The position numbers and the translations under genes were made by a program. From assembly GCA_040182905.1 (NCBI GenBank), contig JARQWU010000078.1, positions 1-37,256 of the forward strand: 37,256 nucleotides of DNA, in the 5' to 3' direction. This document shows positions 10,801 to 19,958 of this stretch, piece by piece (position 1 is the stretch's first letter; every line of letters begins with the position of its first letter). The notes beneath the pieces were generated by a model. That model did no database searches. It saw nothing but the letters and a program-made list of their open reading frames with translations, and was not told the origin of the DNA. This stretch comes from Barthelona sp. PAP020 (taxonomy: Eukaryota).

Positions 10801-11667
10801 TCATTTATTTTGAGATTGTTTGATATTAAGAATGCCCAATTTAAATGAACGAATATTTTCAATCGGAAAATTATCCGCTGATGATGATTCTAGAACTTCA
10901 TCAGATATAAAATCGGGAAATATTGCAACTTGATCATAAATTTCAGGTATGGAAGCCAATAACCACCAAAAAGAATACGTATGTCTGAATAATAATGGTT
11001 GATCTGGTTCATTAATAGCTCTTTCTAACAATAAAACCAATGAATTATGCAATGACTTCACCAATGTAGGATTATGGATAAGCATTGATTTTTCTTTTCC
11101 AATCCATAAAGTCAAAGCATTCAAAGTTGAACATAAGAGAGGAAACCATAGAGAAGGCAATTCTGGTAACTGATTGGAACATATTGTGGAAAACATTTTA
11201 AACAAGGCTTTGGAAAGATCACGATGGGAAACATCCTCCCAATTACCATCCTTCATCAAATGAGTAATCAGTTGAATTGATCTATGGGCAAAATAAATGT
11301 TATCAGTATGGTCCAAATTAATATTAATTAAAATTGGGAAAATTAATACATACACACGAGTTTTAATGAATTGAGGAATTCTTATAAAATGTCTAAAAAA
11401 AGAAATAATCCAAAGAACACGTTTTGGAACAATATAATTTGGATAAATAAAATTAGGATATTCTGCCAATATCTCTTGAGTAATGACAGTCCATACACCT
11501 TGAGTGTAAAATATTTGTTCAATTTCAATTGGTGTCCAATTGGTTGATGCAATTTCTTTCAATCCATCCAATCGGGTCGTTCCATTTAACAATAATTCAA
11601 CTGCATTTTTCAGCTTTTCAGATGGTTGCAACAAATTTAATGATGATGAATCTATTTGTTGGTTCAT
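10801..11667 (-). CDS. Divergent Rcd1/CNOT9 (CCR4-NOT subunit)-like ARM protein
   Basis: TRLDGLKEI, VITQEILAEYP, LIFPIL and SIQLITHLMK align by eye with Rcd1 TRENALLEL, ALLQEIVNIYP, FLYPFL and SLGVIGALVK. ATG at 11667. Confidence 0.6.
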   Translation of the reverse strand: MNQQIDSSSLNLLQPSEKLKNAVELLLNGTTRLDGLKEIASTNWTPIEIEQIFYTQGVWTVITQEILAEYPNFIYPNYIVPKRVLWIISFFRHFIRIPQFIKTRVYVLIFPILININLDHTDNIYFAHRSIQLITHLMKDGNWEDVSHRDLSKALFKMFSTICSNQLPELPSLWFPLLCSTLNALTLWIGKEKSMLIHNPTLVKSLHNSLVLLLERAINEPDQPLLFRHTYSFWWLLASIPEIYDQVAIFPDFISDEVLESSSADNFPIENIRSFKLGILNIKQSQNK

Positions 11668-11726
11668 AGATATCAATCAAAACTTCAAAAAAGAAAGAAA
11701 ATTCTTTTTTTTTTTCAGAAAGAACA

Positions 11727-12047
11727 ATGAAGTTTTGTCCATATTGTTCAATGATGCTTGAATTTCAAGCTTCTGGTATTTTACAATGTTCTTTATGTTC
11801 ACATTCCGTTCCTTTAGATGTTTTAGAAGATTTTGAAGTCAAGACACATTCTACCAAACAAAAACAATTATTAGCCAATGATGATAGACATTCTTTGGAA
11901 GAAGATGCTGTTGTTGATGAAATATGTCCAAAATGTGGTCATGATAAACAATCTTTCAGAACAGCTCAACTTCGTTCTGCAGACGAAGGACAAACTGTAT
12001 TTTACACTTGTTTAAAATGTGGATTTAAACATTCAGTCAACAATTAA
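11727..12047 (+). CDS. RPA12: RNA polymerase I subunit RPA12
   Basis: N-terminal CxxC...CxxC and a C-terminal TFIIS-like zinc ribbon CPKCGH...QLRSADEGQTVFYTCLKC. Confidence 0.92.
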   Translation: MKFCPYCSMMLEFQASGILQCSLCSHSVPLDVLEDFEVKTHSTKQKQLLANDDRHSLEEDAVVDEICPKCGHDKQSFRTAQLRSADEGQTVFYTCLKCGFKHSVNN

Positions 12048-12137
12048 TAGTCTCCATTTTTTTTATTCATTTTTTTTATGTCTTACTTTACTGCTAAGCA
12101 AACATTATCGTATTTTAAATCACTATAAAAATTTTAA

Positions 12138-13367
12138 ATGAATGCTTTTGTTCTTTTTCCTAATTTTATGGATTCAATTGGTTCAGTGCATAGTTGGGGT
12201 TTTTCTCCTTCATTTTCTTTGATTAATGATAATAATATTGCGAATAATGTGAGAATATTGTTGGGAAATGAATGTGATTTAAGACATGTTCTTCATACTT
12301 TAAATAATTTGGACAATAATGTTGAAGAAATTGAATTCATTATATGTGAAACGACAGTTGAGCCATTGACCCGACAGATGTTATTTTGGTCTTTGCTTTG
12401 TGAAGATTTGATACCCGTTCAAAATCGAATCGAATTATTACTACCTTTATTTGGTAATTTAACAATAGGTGAGGGAATTTATGACGTTTTTATTTCGGAA
12501 TGTGAACATCTTATTGATGAGTTAACTGAATTTGAAAATAGATCTCATTGTTCAGACAGAAAGTTTGCTCCCGACTTTTCTTTATTGAAATATAAGCATC
12601 GTGATGAAATGATAAATGCTTTGGATAAGTGGAAAAAGAAAAATTTGTTGCCAAGTAATCTTTGGGATGATAGAATCAGGGCTCATTTAAAGGATAGGTA
12701 TGGCGCGAAATATAATTTGTTCGATTGGGATGTAACCATGGAATTTTCAAAGTTTCTTATGGGCCCCATCGTAAACAAGCAAATGTACAAAGAATTTAGG
12801 GATAAAGGAACTGCCTTTGTTGGTATTGATCAAAATGCAGTGAATATATTTCAAAATCCAACACTATTCCGGGATAATCAATATCAAGGTGATATTGTTG
12901 TTGGCCCTTACATAGGTTATGGGGCATTAACAGACATGGAAAATGCCTATAAAACAAAGTATGATGGAACTGGCCAACATACCATTGACCAAATAATTTT
13001 CTACAATTTACAAAAAGTGTTGCAAAAATTAGATTCTTTAGATATAGATGTGCATGTCAAACCTTTTTTAGGATTACCAGAGAATCTTCCGTCAAAATTC
13101 AAAGAATCTATTGATTATTGTTTTTTAAGCGTTTTTTTGTCAGGACAATTAAATAAAGATCAATTTAGAAGATTAATTAAGAACACAACAATTATATATG
13201 TTGAAACACCAAAAGCAATGTTTACTTTTGGACAATTTTCTGAATTTTGTGAAAAAGCTACCAAATTGGCGAATGATATGAATCTTCATAGAATAGATAT
13301 AAACAATAAGCAATTCTTTTGCCAAGATAACACTGAAGGTAGTTGGGTTCTTTCTTTTTCTTCTTGA
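12138..13367 (+). CDS. DNAAF3: Axonemal dynein assembly factor 3 (PF22)
   Basis: Motifs WGFSP, DLRHVLHT, WDDRIRAHLKDRY...FDWD and GDIVVGPYIGYG. The start could be the second Met at 12168. Confidence 0.85.
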   Translation: MNAFVLFPNFMDSIGSVHSWGFSPSFSLINDNNIANNVRILLGNECDLRHVLHTLNNLDNNVEEIEFIICETTVEPLTRQMLFWSLLCEDLIPVQNRIELLLPLFGNLTIGEGIYDVFISECEHLIDELTEFENRSHCSDRKFAPDFSLLKYKHRDEMINALDKWKKKNLLPSNLWDDRIRAHLKDRYGAKYNLFDWDVTMEFSKFLMGPIVNKQMYKEFRDKGTAFVGIDQNAVNIFQNPTLFRDNQYQGDIVVGPYIGYGALTDMENAYKTKYDGTGQHTIDQIIFYNLQKVLQKLDSLDIDVHVKPFLGLPENLPSKFKESIDYCFLSVFLSGQLNKDQFRRLIKNTTIIYVETPKAMFTFGQFSEFCEKATKLANDMNLHRIDINNKQFFCQDNTEGSWVLSFSS

Positions 13368-13404
13368 TTAAAAAATAAATTTCTTTTTCATTTTTTTTTA
13401 ATTG

Positions 13405-14061
13405 ATGAATTTCAAGTTTATATTTTTATTAGGAGTATTACCTATTGCTTTAGCAACACTTGGTATTGATATTTCATCAAAATTTTCAACAACCCAATGG
13501 CAATGTGCAAGAAAAGCAGGATATGAGTTTGCAATCGTTCGTGGTTACAGAAGTACTGCATCCATTGATCCTAACCTTGGCCAATCTGTCGCTCAAGCTT
13601 GGCAGGCTGGATTTAAACATGTTGATGTTTATTTCTTCCCTGCTGCTCAAAAGAAATCAGCTTATGCCCAGGTCAATGAATTTATTGCATATCTTGTTAA
13701 CACTAAAGTTAAATTTGGAATGGTTTGGGTTGATGTTGAAGTTGCTCCAAAATGTTGGTATGATGATTTCAAAAAGAATCAACAATTTATGGATCAAGTT
13801 ATTGCTGCATTAGAAGAAAACAAAGTGCATTTTGGTATTTATACTTCAAAATACATGCATGGAAAAATTTTTGGTGACAGTTGGACTGGAACTGCTCAAA
13901 GACCTTTCAAAAAGTATGATCTTTGGTATGCAGGTTACAATAACAAGCCGGATTTCAGTAATTTCCATCCTTTCGGAGGTTGGACAAAACCTGCAATTCA
14001 TCAATATGCAGGAAGTACTAATATTTGCAACGGAATGGTTGTCGATTTGAATTATTATTAA
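13405..14061 (+). CDS. Secreted GH25-family lysozyme (amoebozoan/nematode-type)
   Basis: Signal peptide, GIDIS, AIVRGYRS, DVE catalytic motif, GIYTS, and PFGGW...HQY. Confidence 0.9.
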   Translation: MNFKFIFLLGVLPIALATLGIDISSKFSTTQWQCARKAGYEFAIVRGYRSTASIDPNLGQSVAQAWQAGFKHVDVYFFPAAQKKSAYAQVNEFIAYLVNTKVKFGMVWVDVEVAPKCWYDDFKKNQQFMDQVIAALEENKVHFGIYTSKYMHGKIFGDSWTGTAQRPFKKYDLWYAGYNNKPDFSNFHPFGGWTKPAIHQYAGSTNICNGMVVDLNYY

Positions 14062-14265
14062 TTTGCTCTTTAAAGAATCCCAATTTGTAAATGGTTTTTA
14101 TTTTTTTTTTATTGCTTTGGGGAAATCATAAATATTTAAAAAATGATCCAAAATCAGAGTGAAATTTATCAAAAAAAAAGCGAAAAATTGATCTTTATTT
14201 GTAAAATATGAAACGATAAAAAGGAAAAACAAATAAAAAAAGAACTATAAATCTAAAAAATACAC

Positions 14266-14510
14266 TTATGCATTACTTTTAGTATGATAAGCCAAAAGTT
14301 TATCAATTAATTCAACATGAGTTAATAACATACGACGACAACAATATCTTTCAACATGAAGAGCATCTAAAGCTTGTCTAAATATTAGAAAAGTGTATAA
14401 ATAATTGAAAAATACTGTGCAGATTTGTTTTGTTGATACATACGTGAATAATCCTCCCAAAGGTGGCCAATAACTTTTCCACAAGTAAAGCAACGTACAG
14501 GAATGATCAT
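14266..14510 (-). CDS. RPB10: RNA polymerase I/II/III shared subunit RPB10, 68 aa, two exons (14510-14416, 14377-14266)
   Basis: Spliced product [68 protein letters not shown]. The ORF track shows only exon 2 in the correct frame. Confidence 0.96.
14378..14415 (-). other. 38-nt spliceosomal intron in RPB10
   Basis: GTATTTTTCAATTATTTATACACTTTTCTAATATTTAG; removal joins the two conserved halves in frame. Confidence 0.93.
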
Positions 14511-14624
14511 TCGAGTTTAATAGACTATAAAAAAAAATATATTTCTTCTTCAACCAAAGAAAGGTTTCCAATATTTTTTTCTCCATTCATCACATAGAAT
14601 TAATTAAAAAAAGAAATTTTTCAT

Positions 14625-15725
14625 TTATCTGGGTCTCCAATAACCAGTGGCATATTTAATGTAAATATTTACCAAATCTTTTGCCATTTGGAAAGGTGCA
14701 GATGCTACAGATAATTTTGAACCTTCAACATCATGCCAATTAACCATAACCTCCAATAATTCAATTTTTTTTTTCTTTGCCAACACAATGAGTTCAACAT
14801 CAAAAGCCCATCTGGATATGTGTACACTAGGCCATAAGCATTTGCTGGAAGTATTTGTGAACAATTTAAATCCACATTGAGTATCTTTTATTTGTGAACC
14901 ACACACAATTTTCACCAGGAAATGAAAACCATGCATTAGGAAGTTTCTGAAGAAAGTTCGCTCAACAACAACGTCCTCAACAAGATGAGCTCTTGAACCA
15001 AAAACAGATCTCTTCAAAAGAGCAATGTGTTCTTCACGCTGAAAACACTTGGAATTGGAAGCAAACAAACCATTTCCCAAAGAATTTTCCAACGAATTTA
15101 AATCAGCGATTTGAGTAGCCCCATCAGCATCAACCATCAAGCCTAATAGTCCTTTAGAATGTATAAATCCAGCTTTAACGGCAAATCCTTTTCCACTGTT
15201 TTCACCCAAAGTGATAACTCGAATTTGATTACTCTTTTCTAACAATCGTGAATATCTGCTTCTCAAATCAACATCCAGAATTAATTTTTGGAGATTCTTT
15301 TTTGCTTGATAACGAGCCTCTAAAAGTTTATCTTTTTTTTTTTCAGCATATGCCAGGACAAAATCAGAAGTATCATCAGATGAACCATCATCAACAACAA
15401 TAATTTCCCAAGTGAAAGAAGGATCAACAACTTGTCTTTCAAACAAATAATCCAAAGTCTCATTTAACATGATAACAATTCTAGAGGTTTCATTGTATGC
15501 AGGAATAATTAAAGATAGATATAGATTATGAACAGATTCATGCAAATAACGAGTTTCATCTTCATCATGAAAAATAGTTCCTTCAGGTAAAGTCAATTCT
15601 TCTCCTTGTTTAATAAAACTTTTCAATATTAATTTCGCAATCAAGAACAAAGTAATTATTAAAAAAGCTCCAATCACAACATATTGAACAGTTCCTGAGT
15701 ATAATTTCAAAACACTTTCAACCAT
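14625..15725 (-). CDS. ALG5: Dolichyl-phosphate beta-glucosyltransferase (GT2)
   Basis: N-terminal TM, SLIIPAYNE, VVDDGSSD, DADGAT, FGSRAHL, DTQCGFKLF, WAFDVEL and GSKL. Confidence 0.92.
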   Translation of the reverse strand: MVESVLKLYSGTVQYVVIGAFLIITLFLIAKLILKSFIKQGEELTLPEGTIFHDEDETRYLHESVHNLYLSLIIPAYNETSRIVIMLNETLDYLFERQVVDPSFTWEIIVVDDGSSDDTSDFVLAYAEKKKDKLLEARYQAKKNLQKLILDVDLRSRYSRLLEKSNQIRVITLGENSGKGFAVKAGFIHSKGLLGLMVDADGATQIADLNSLENSLGNGLFASNSKCFQREEHIALLKRSVFGSRAHLVEDVVVERTFFRNFLMHGFHFLVKIVCGSQIKDTQCGFKLFTNTSSKCLWPSVHISRWAFDVELIVLAKKKKIELLEVMVNWHDVEGSKLSVASAPFQMAKDLVNIYIKYATGYWRPR

Positions 15726-16275
15726 AAAAAAAATAACGATTTTTTCAACATTTGTTGGCGGTCATTTGCAAGTTTTTGATTTTTTATTTCAATATGTAAC
15801 ATAATTTGAAGAAAAAGCTCCCACTTACAACCTTCTAAATTTGGATTTATCATTTTTTCAAGACCGTTTATTTTTTCATATGTTAAAAATTAATTGCATA
15901 CCCCTTGTTCAAATGGAAATTTTATAAATGCACAAAATTGACCAAACAAAACCTAAATGATTTGCAAAGAATCTCAAAAAAAAAAATATTACAATTTGTT
16001 GAATCAAAAAATCAAAAAGAATTTTTAGCATTTTCTTTTTTTCTTTTAAAAATGCTTTTCATCATAAACATTCGGCTTTATAATTGAAAAAAACACTCTT
16101 TCCAACAAAAATTGGCTCTCAGGTTTATTTATTTACAGATTTTAGATCTTCTTTAAACAACAGAGAAAAATAAATGATTCAATTTTGAGCAAAAAGCACA
16201 AAAAGGAATATGATTTGCCAAAGCACCTCAAAAGAAATCTTTTCATGTCTAATGTAGGGTTTATGACTGAAAATG

Positions 16276-16443
16276 TTCGTTCAAAGCGAAATAATTGTGT
16301 TTATAGTTAGTTATTGCAATTTCTGGTATTGATAAATATCAAAAAAAAGTTTTCGTAGCAAAGCGAACGGATTTCACGTAAAAGACAATATAAATGCGTT
16401 TATGGTTTCTTCTTGCAATTTCTGATATTAATGGATATCAAAA
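16276..16443 (+). repeat. Imperfect tandem duplication, two units of ~70 and ~90 bp
   Basis: 16276-16344 and 16352-16443 share TTCGT..CAAAGCGAA, GTTTAT, TTGCAATTTCTG and ATATCAAAA; the second unit has a ~20-nt insertion. Confidence 0.7.
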
Positions 16444-17269
16444 TTGAAAAGCTCAAGTAATGTTAAACGTAATCGTAAGAATTCAAAGATTAAGGATATA
16501 AGCAAATAAATTAGGTTAACACGGAATATCAAAATCTTACAAAGAGAACATAAGTGGAGACGTTAAAGTGAATCAAGGGGACTAAAGGAAAGTATTACAC
16601 TTTTCTTTAAATACCGGCCCCATCTAAACCGGAAGCATTTCTTTTTTTTTTTAAAGAGTGTTCTGAACCATCCACACAAAACGATTCAGTTGCAAGTACC
16701 CCCAAACTCTAACCGAGAACAATAAAGGTCTTTATAAGCATTTATTATTGTTGTCTCATAAAAAGCCAATGCTTCGAATTGCACGAAGACCTCCCAAACA
16801 ATTTTAAGTCCACACAGCAACAATTTAGCTGGCCTCATCAAAGCGACGGGAATGCTACTAATAACACCACATTGGCAGGGTGACAAGAGTCCAAAAAAAA
16901 TTTGCCAAAATGACAAATGTCAAAAAGAAAATTAAATGGAATTTCTATTTCATTCTGAAACAATCACATTTTAAAAATAATTATTTTATTTGAAAGTTAT
17001 TAATGAAAGAAATTTCCTATTTGAATATGAAGAGTGATATTGTGGGTTTTTTAATGTTTTCTATTTGTTGAAATGTCTTGTTATTAAATATCTATTTTTA
17101 ATGTAACGATAGAGACAACATGAGAATATATCTCTTTTCGTCACATGAAAAATCTCATACATTCTTGGACTTTTGTGATATGTCTTCCTTTTATAATTCA
17201 ATCATTTTCTTGCATGTTTGAAAATAACAGAATAATTCAGTCATAGTATTTTTATTGTTTAACAAAAAA

Positions 17270-18511
17270 ATGGCTGACTGGAAAAAGAATATTGATATCA
17301 ATCAAGTTTGTGAATACAAATATAGCAAGTGCAACATCTTCTTTGGTGTTGGCGCTATCAACAAATTTGAAGAGATCTTAAAAAGAACTGGTGCTAAAAA
17401 AGTTGGTTTTGTTACTTCTCGTGGTGCTTATCAAAAGACTGGTGCTTGGGCTGTTATTGAAAAGTTCTTAAAGGAATATGATGTTGAATATAAGTTATAC
17501 AACAAGGTTACTGCTAATCCTGAAACCGTTCATGTTGATGAAGCTCGTGAATTTTTCTATGGTGACAATCAATGGACTCCTGATTTCCTTTGTGGTATTG
17601 GTGGTGGTTCACCTATTGATGCTTGTAAGGCTTTGGCTATTACTATGAAGTATCCTGAGCAATCTTGTATGGACCTTTTCACTTTCAAGTTCACTCCCAC
17701 TGAATCTGTTCCTGTTGTTGCCATCAATTTAACTCATGGTACTGGTACTGAATCCAATCGTTTTGCTGTTGTTTCAATTTTGGTTGATGAAAGTGGAAAA
17801 ACAATGGAAATTCCTTTCAAGCCTTGTATTGCCTACGATATTTCTTATCCTATTTATTCTATTGATGATCCTGCCTTATTGGTTACATTACCTGGTAAAC
17901 AAACTATGTACACAGCTGTTGATGCCTTGAATCATGTTACCGAAGCCTGTTCAACTCTTCTTAAAACACCTTTCTCAATTAATATTGCTCATGAAGTTGT
18001 CAACTACATTATTGAGTATTTGCCATTGGCCCTTGCTGATCCTGAAGATTTAACCGCCAGATATTGGTTATTGTATGCTTCAATGTTGGCTGGACAAGCT
18101 TTTGATGTTTCTTTACTTCATTTAACTCATGCTCTTGAACACACCTTGTCTGCTTATGTTCCTGAATTGCCTCATGCTTTGGGATTATCCATGATTCTTC
18201 CAGCTGTGTTGAAACACTGTTATGATCATAATGCTGAGATTTTCGCATATGTTTATGAGAAGATTATTCCTAATCTTGAAGGAAAGGCTGGTGAAGGTGT
18301 CATGGTTGCCAAAAAGATGGAAGAATGGTTGGTGAGCGTTGGAATCACTGAAAAGCTTAAAGATTTCTTCACTAAAGAACAAGTTGACACACTTGTTGAT
18401 TCTACACACAAGACACCCGGTATGGATGGTTTGTTGGCTTTGAGCCCCTTAGAAATCAATGATGAAATTCTTGCTGACATCTTTGAATCTTCCTTTGAAT
18501 ACATGCACTAA
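17270..18511 (+). CDS. Iron-containing alcohol dehydrogenase, prokaryote-like
   Basis: GGGSPID, NLTHGTGTE, DALNH, HLTHALEH and HALGL metal-binding motifs. ATG at 17270 follows an A-run. Codon usage is visibly biased. Confidence 0.93.
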   Translation: MADWKKNIDINQVCEYKYSKCNIFFGVGAINKFEEILKRTGAKKVGFVTSRGAYQKTGAWAVIEKFLKEYDVEYKLYNKVTANPETVHVDEAREFFYGDNQWTPDFLCGIGGGSPIDACKALAITMKYPEQSCMDLFTFKFTPTESVPVVAINLTHGTGTESNRFAVVSILVDESGKTMEIPFKPCIAYDISYPIYSIDDPALLVTLPGKQTMYTAVDALNHVTEACSTLLKTPFSINIAHEVVNYIIEYLPLALADPEDLTARYWLLYASMLAGQAFDVSLLHLTHALEHTLSAYVPELPHALGLSMILPAVLKHCYDHNAEIFAYVYEKIIPNLEGKAGEGVMVAKKMEEWLVSVGITEKLKDFFTKEQVDTLVDSTHKTPGMDGLLALSPLEINDEILADIFESSFEYMH

Positions 18512-18699
18512 AGTTGTCCGATGTTTTTTTTTTTCAAGCATAAATGTCAATATCTTTTTATTTTCAAAGAAAACAAAAATCAATCTCAACACTATTTTCT
18601 TCCAAGGATAAATTTTCCCAAATATTTTGGGTTAACAGAACATTTTTTTTTAAAGTTCAACCATAAAAACAAATAAAAATAGCCAAAAAGAAGTGATTC

Positions 18700-19070
18700 T
18701 TAAAGAATTACTGGATAGACTAAAATATCATCACTTTCATCAGGATTTTCATCAATGTATTGATGCATATTACCACCATTCCTTTTATTGGTGTAGACCA
18801 AATCCGAACATTAATTAATAGCTGAGTGAAAGTCCTTTTGATTCATTTTAACCCAAAAGTACCGTTTGTCATATCCGATTCCTTTTTTCCTCTAGCAGAA
18901 CAAATGTTGATATGAGATAACCTTGATTCTTGACTAATTCAATTAATTGAGACTGAGACACGTGATGAAATGTCACATCAATATCTTCTTCAGTTTATGG
19001 TTCTCCAAAATTTCGAATATTGATCAAATATTTCCAGACAATTATCTGTGCTCATCCCACAAATCAGGGG
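18700..19070 (-). pseudogene. Decayed paralog of the WD40 gene at 5018-6196 (C-terminal domain remnant)
   Basis: Reads SQLIELVKNQGYLISTFVLLEEKRNRI*QTVLLG/frameshift/MNQKDFHSAIN*CSDLVYTNKRNGGNMHQYI, versus SALVELSRDNECILSNLISMNMDIQIIRQLITAGICMNEEEYNMIVDTCWDLTDVNKSNDGNMFNFI in the intact gene. Confidence 0.75.
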
Positions 19071-19164
19071 CTTTTATAACTGAATCAAGTTGTTTTATAA
19101 TTGAACTATTGGATCTGGATTTACTTACATGAGTCTTTCATGTATTCTTTCTCAAGGAATGAAA

Positions 19165-19432
19165 TATTGGTACAATTGTGACACAACTATATTTATTCAC
19201 AAAGAAAGTGAACTTAAAAAAGCACAACAGAGGAATTAAGGGACTGAAAAGTAATTTTAACAAATCAAGTGTGAGAATATCTCCAAAAGTCTTCATTCCT
19301 ATTTTTGTATTTGACAAAAGCAAAATTTTAAAGTTTAAACTTTACCTTGGAAAATCTAAAGTTTTAAAGGTCAATCAGACATTGAAAGCTTTTTTACGAT
19401 ATAAACCCAATTGTTATTTGTTCATTCATACA
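19165..19432 (+). mobile_element. Copy A of a ~300-bp dispersed MITE-like repeat
   Basis: Colinear with the reverse complement of 22860-23153. 19315-19365 matches the reverse complement of 22925-22975 at 47/51 nt. Confidence 0.7.
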
Positions 19433-19958
19433 CTCAACCCTTCACATCGTTAATCAAACGCTCCAACATTTTGTTGGTCAAAATCACAGTTCAAGAACAT
19501 CTGTTGAACTTCAAAAGGCAAAAAGACGATAGCAATCAATCCAAAATCATAACATCATAAGATTATAAGTTACTTCCATCAGTTGGAAGCAATAGGAATT
19601 GGGAAGACCTGAAAGTATTTATCCATAGGTATCTCACTACCACCCAATCAAAACAAACCAATCATGAATTAGAGTTCAACCACAGTAATCATAGATAGCA
19701 AGATATAGATTTCACTTCGGTTGATATTCCAAAGAGATACTAAGCTCACTTCAAAAGTTCACTGTTTGCTTATCAATAACAAAATTGAAGGGTTTATAAA
19801 ATGTGGGCTGCACTTTGATCCAAACACTGCAAATTCAAAATATGAACAGAAAGCTGTGATACAAAGTTGAATGTTTTCAAATATCAATGTTGTGTGATGA
19901 TTTATCAATAGGATGGTGTTTTGTGAAATCAATTTGGTCAAAAGGTAAAAGTATTAGA

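Noticed and set aside
14266..14586. 106-aa ORF as listed in the track
   Set aside because: The N-terminal part is out-of-frame read-through; the real gene is the spliced 68-aa RPB10 starting at 14510.
16150..16180. U6 snRNA (ACAGAGA box)
   Set aside because: The following sequence lacks the AGC triad and internal stem-loop; the context is plain A-rich spacer.
16611..16650. SRP RNA helix 8 (ACCGGCCC...CCGGAAGCA plus T-run)
   Set aside because: No CAGG/GNRA/AGCA symmetric loop geometry and no long flanking helix.
16695..16795. Telomerase RNA or RNase P/MRP
   Set aside because: No 1.5-repeat template, wrong strand polarity for U-A.U triples, and no complementary P4 (CR-I/CR-V) pair. Kept only as an unassigned structured candidate.
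19178..19453. Small ORFs in repeat copies A and C with similar translations (also 22816-23037)
   Set aside because: The similarity follows from DNA identity of the repeat; indels between copies do not preserve frame and no domain is recognisable.
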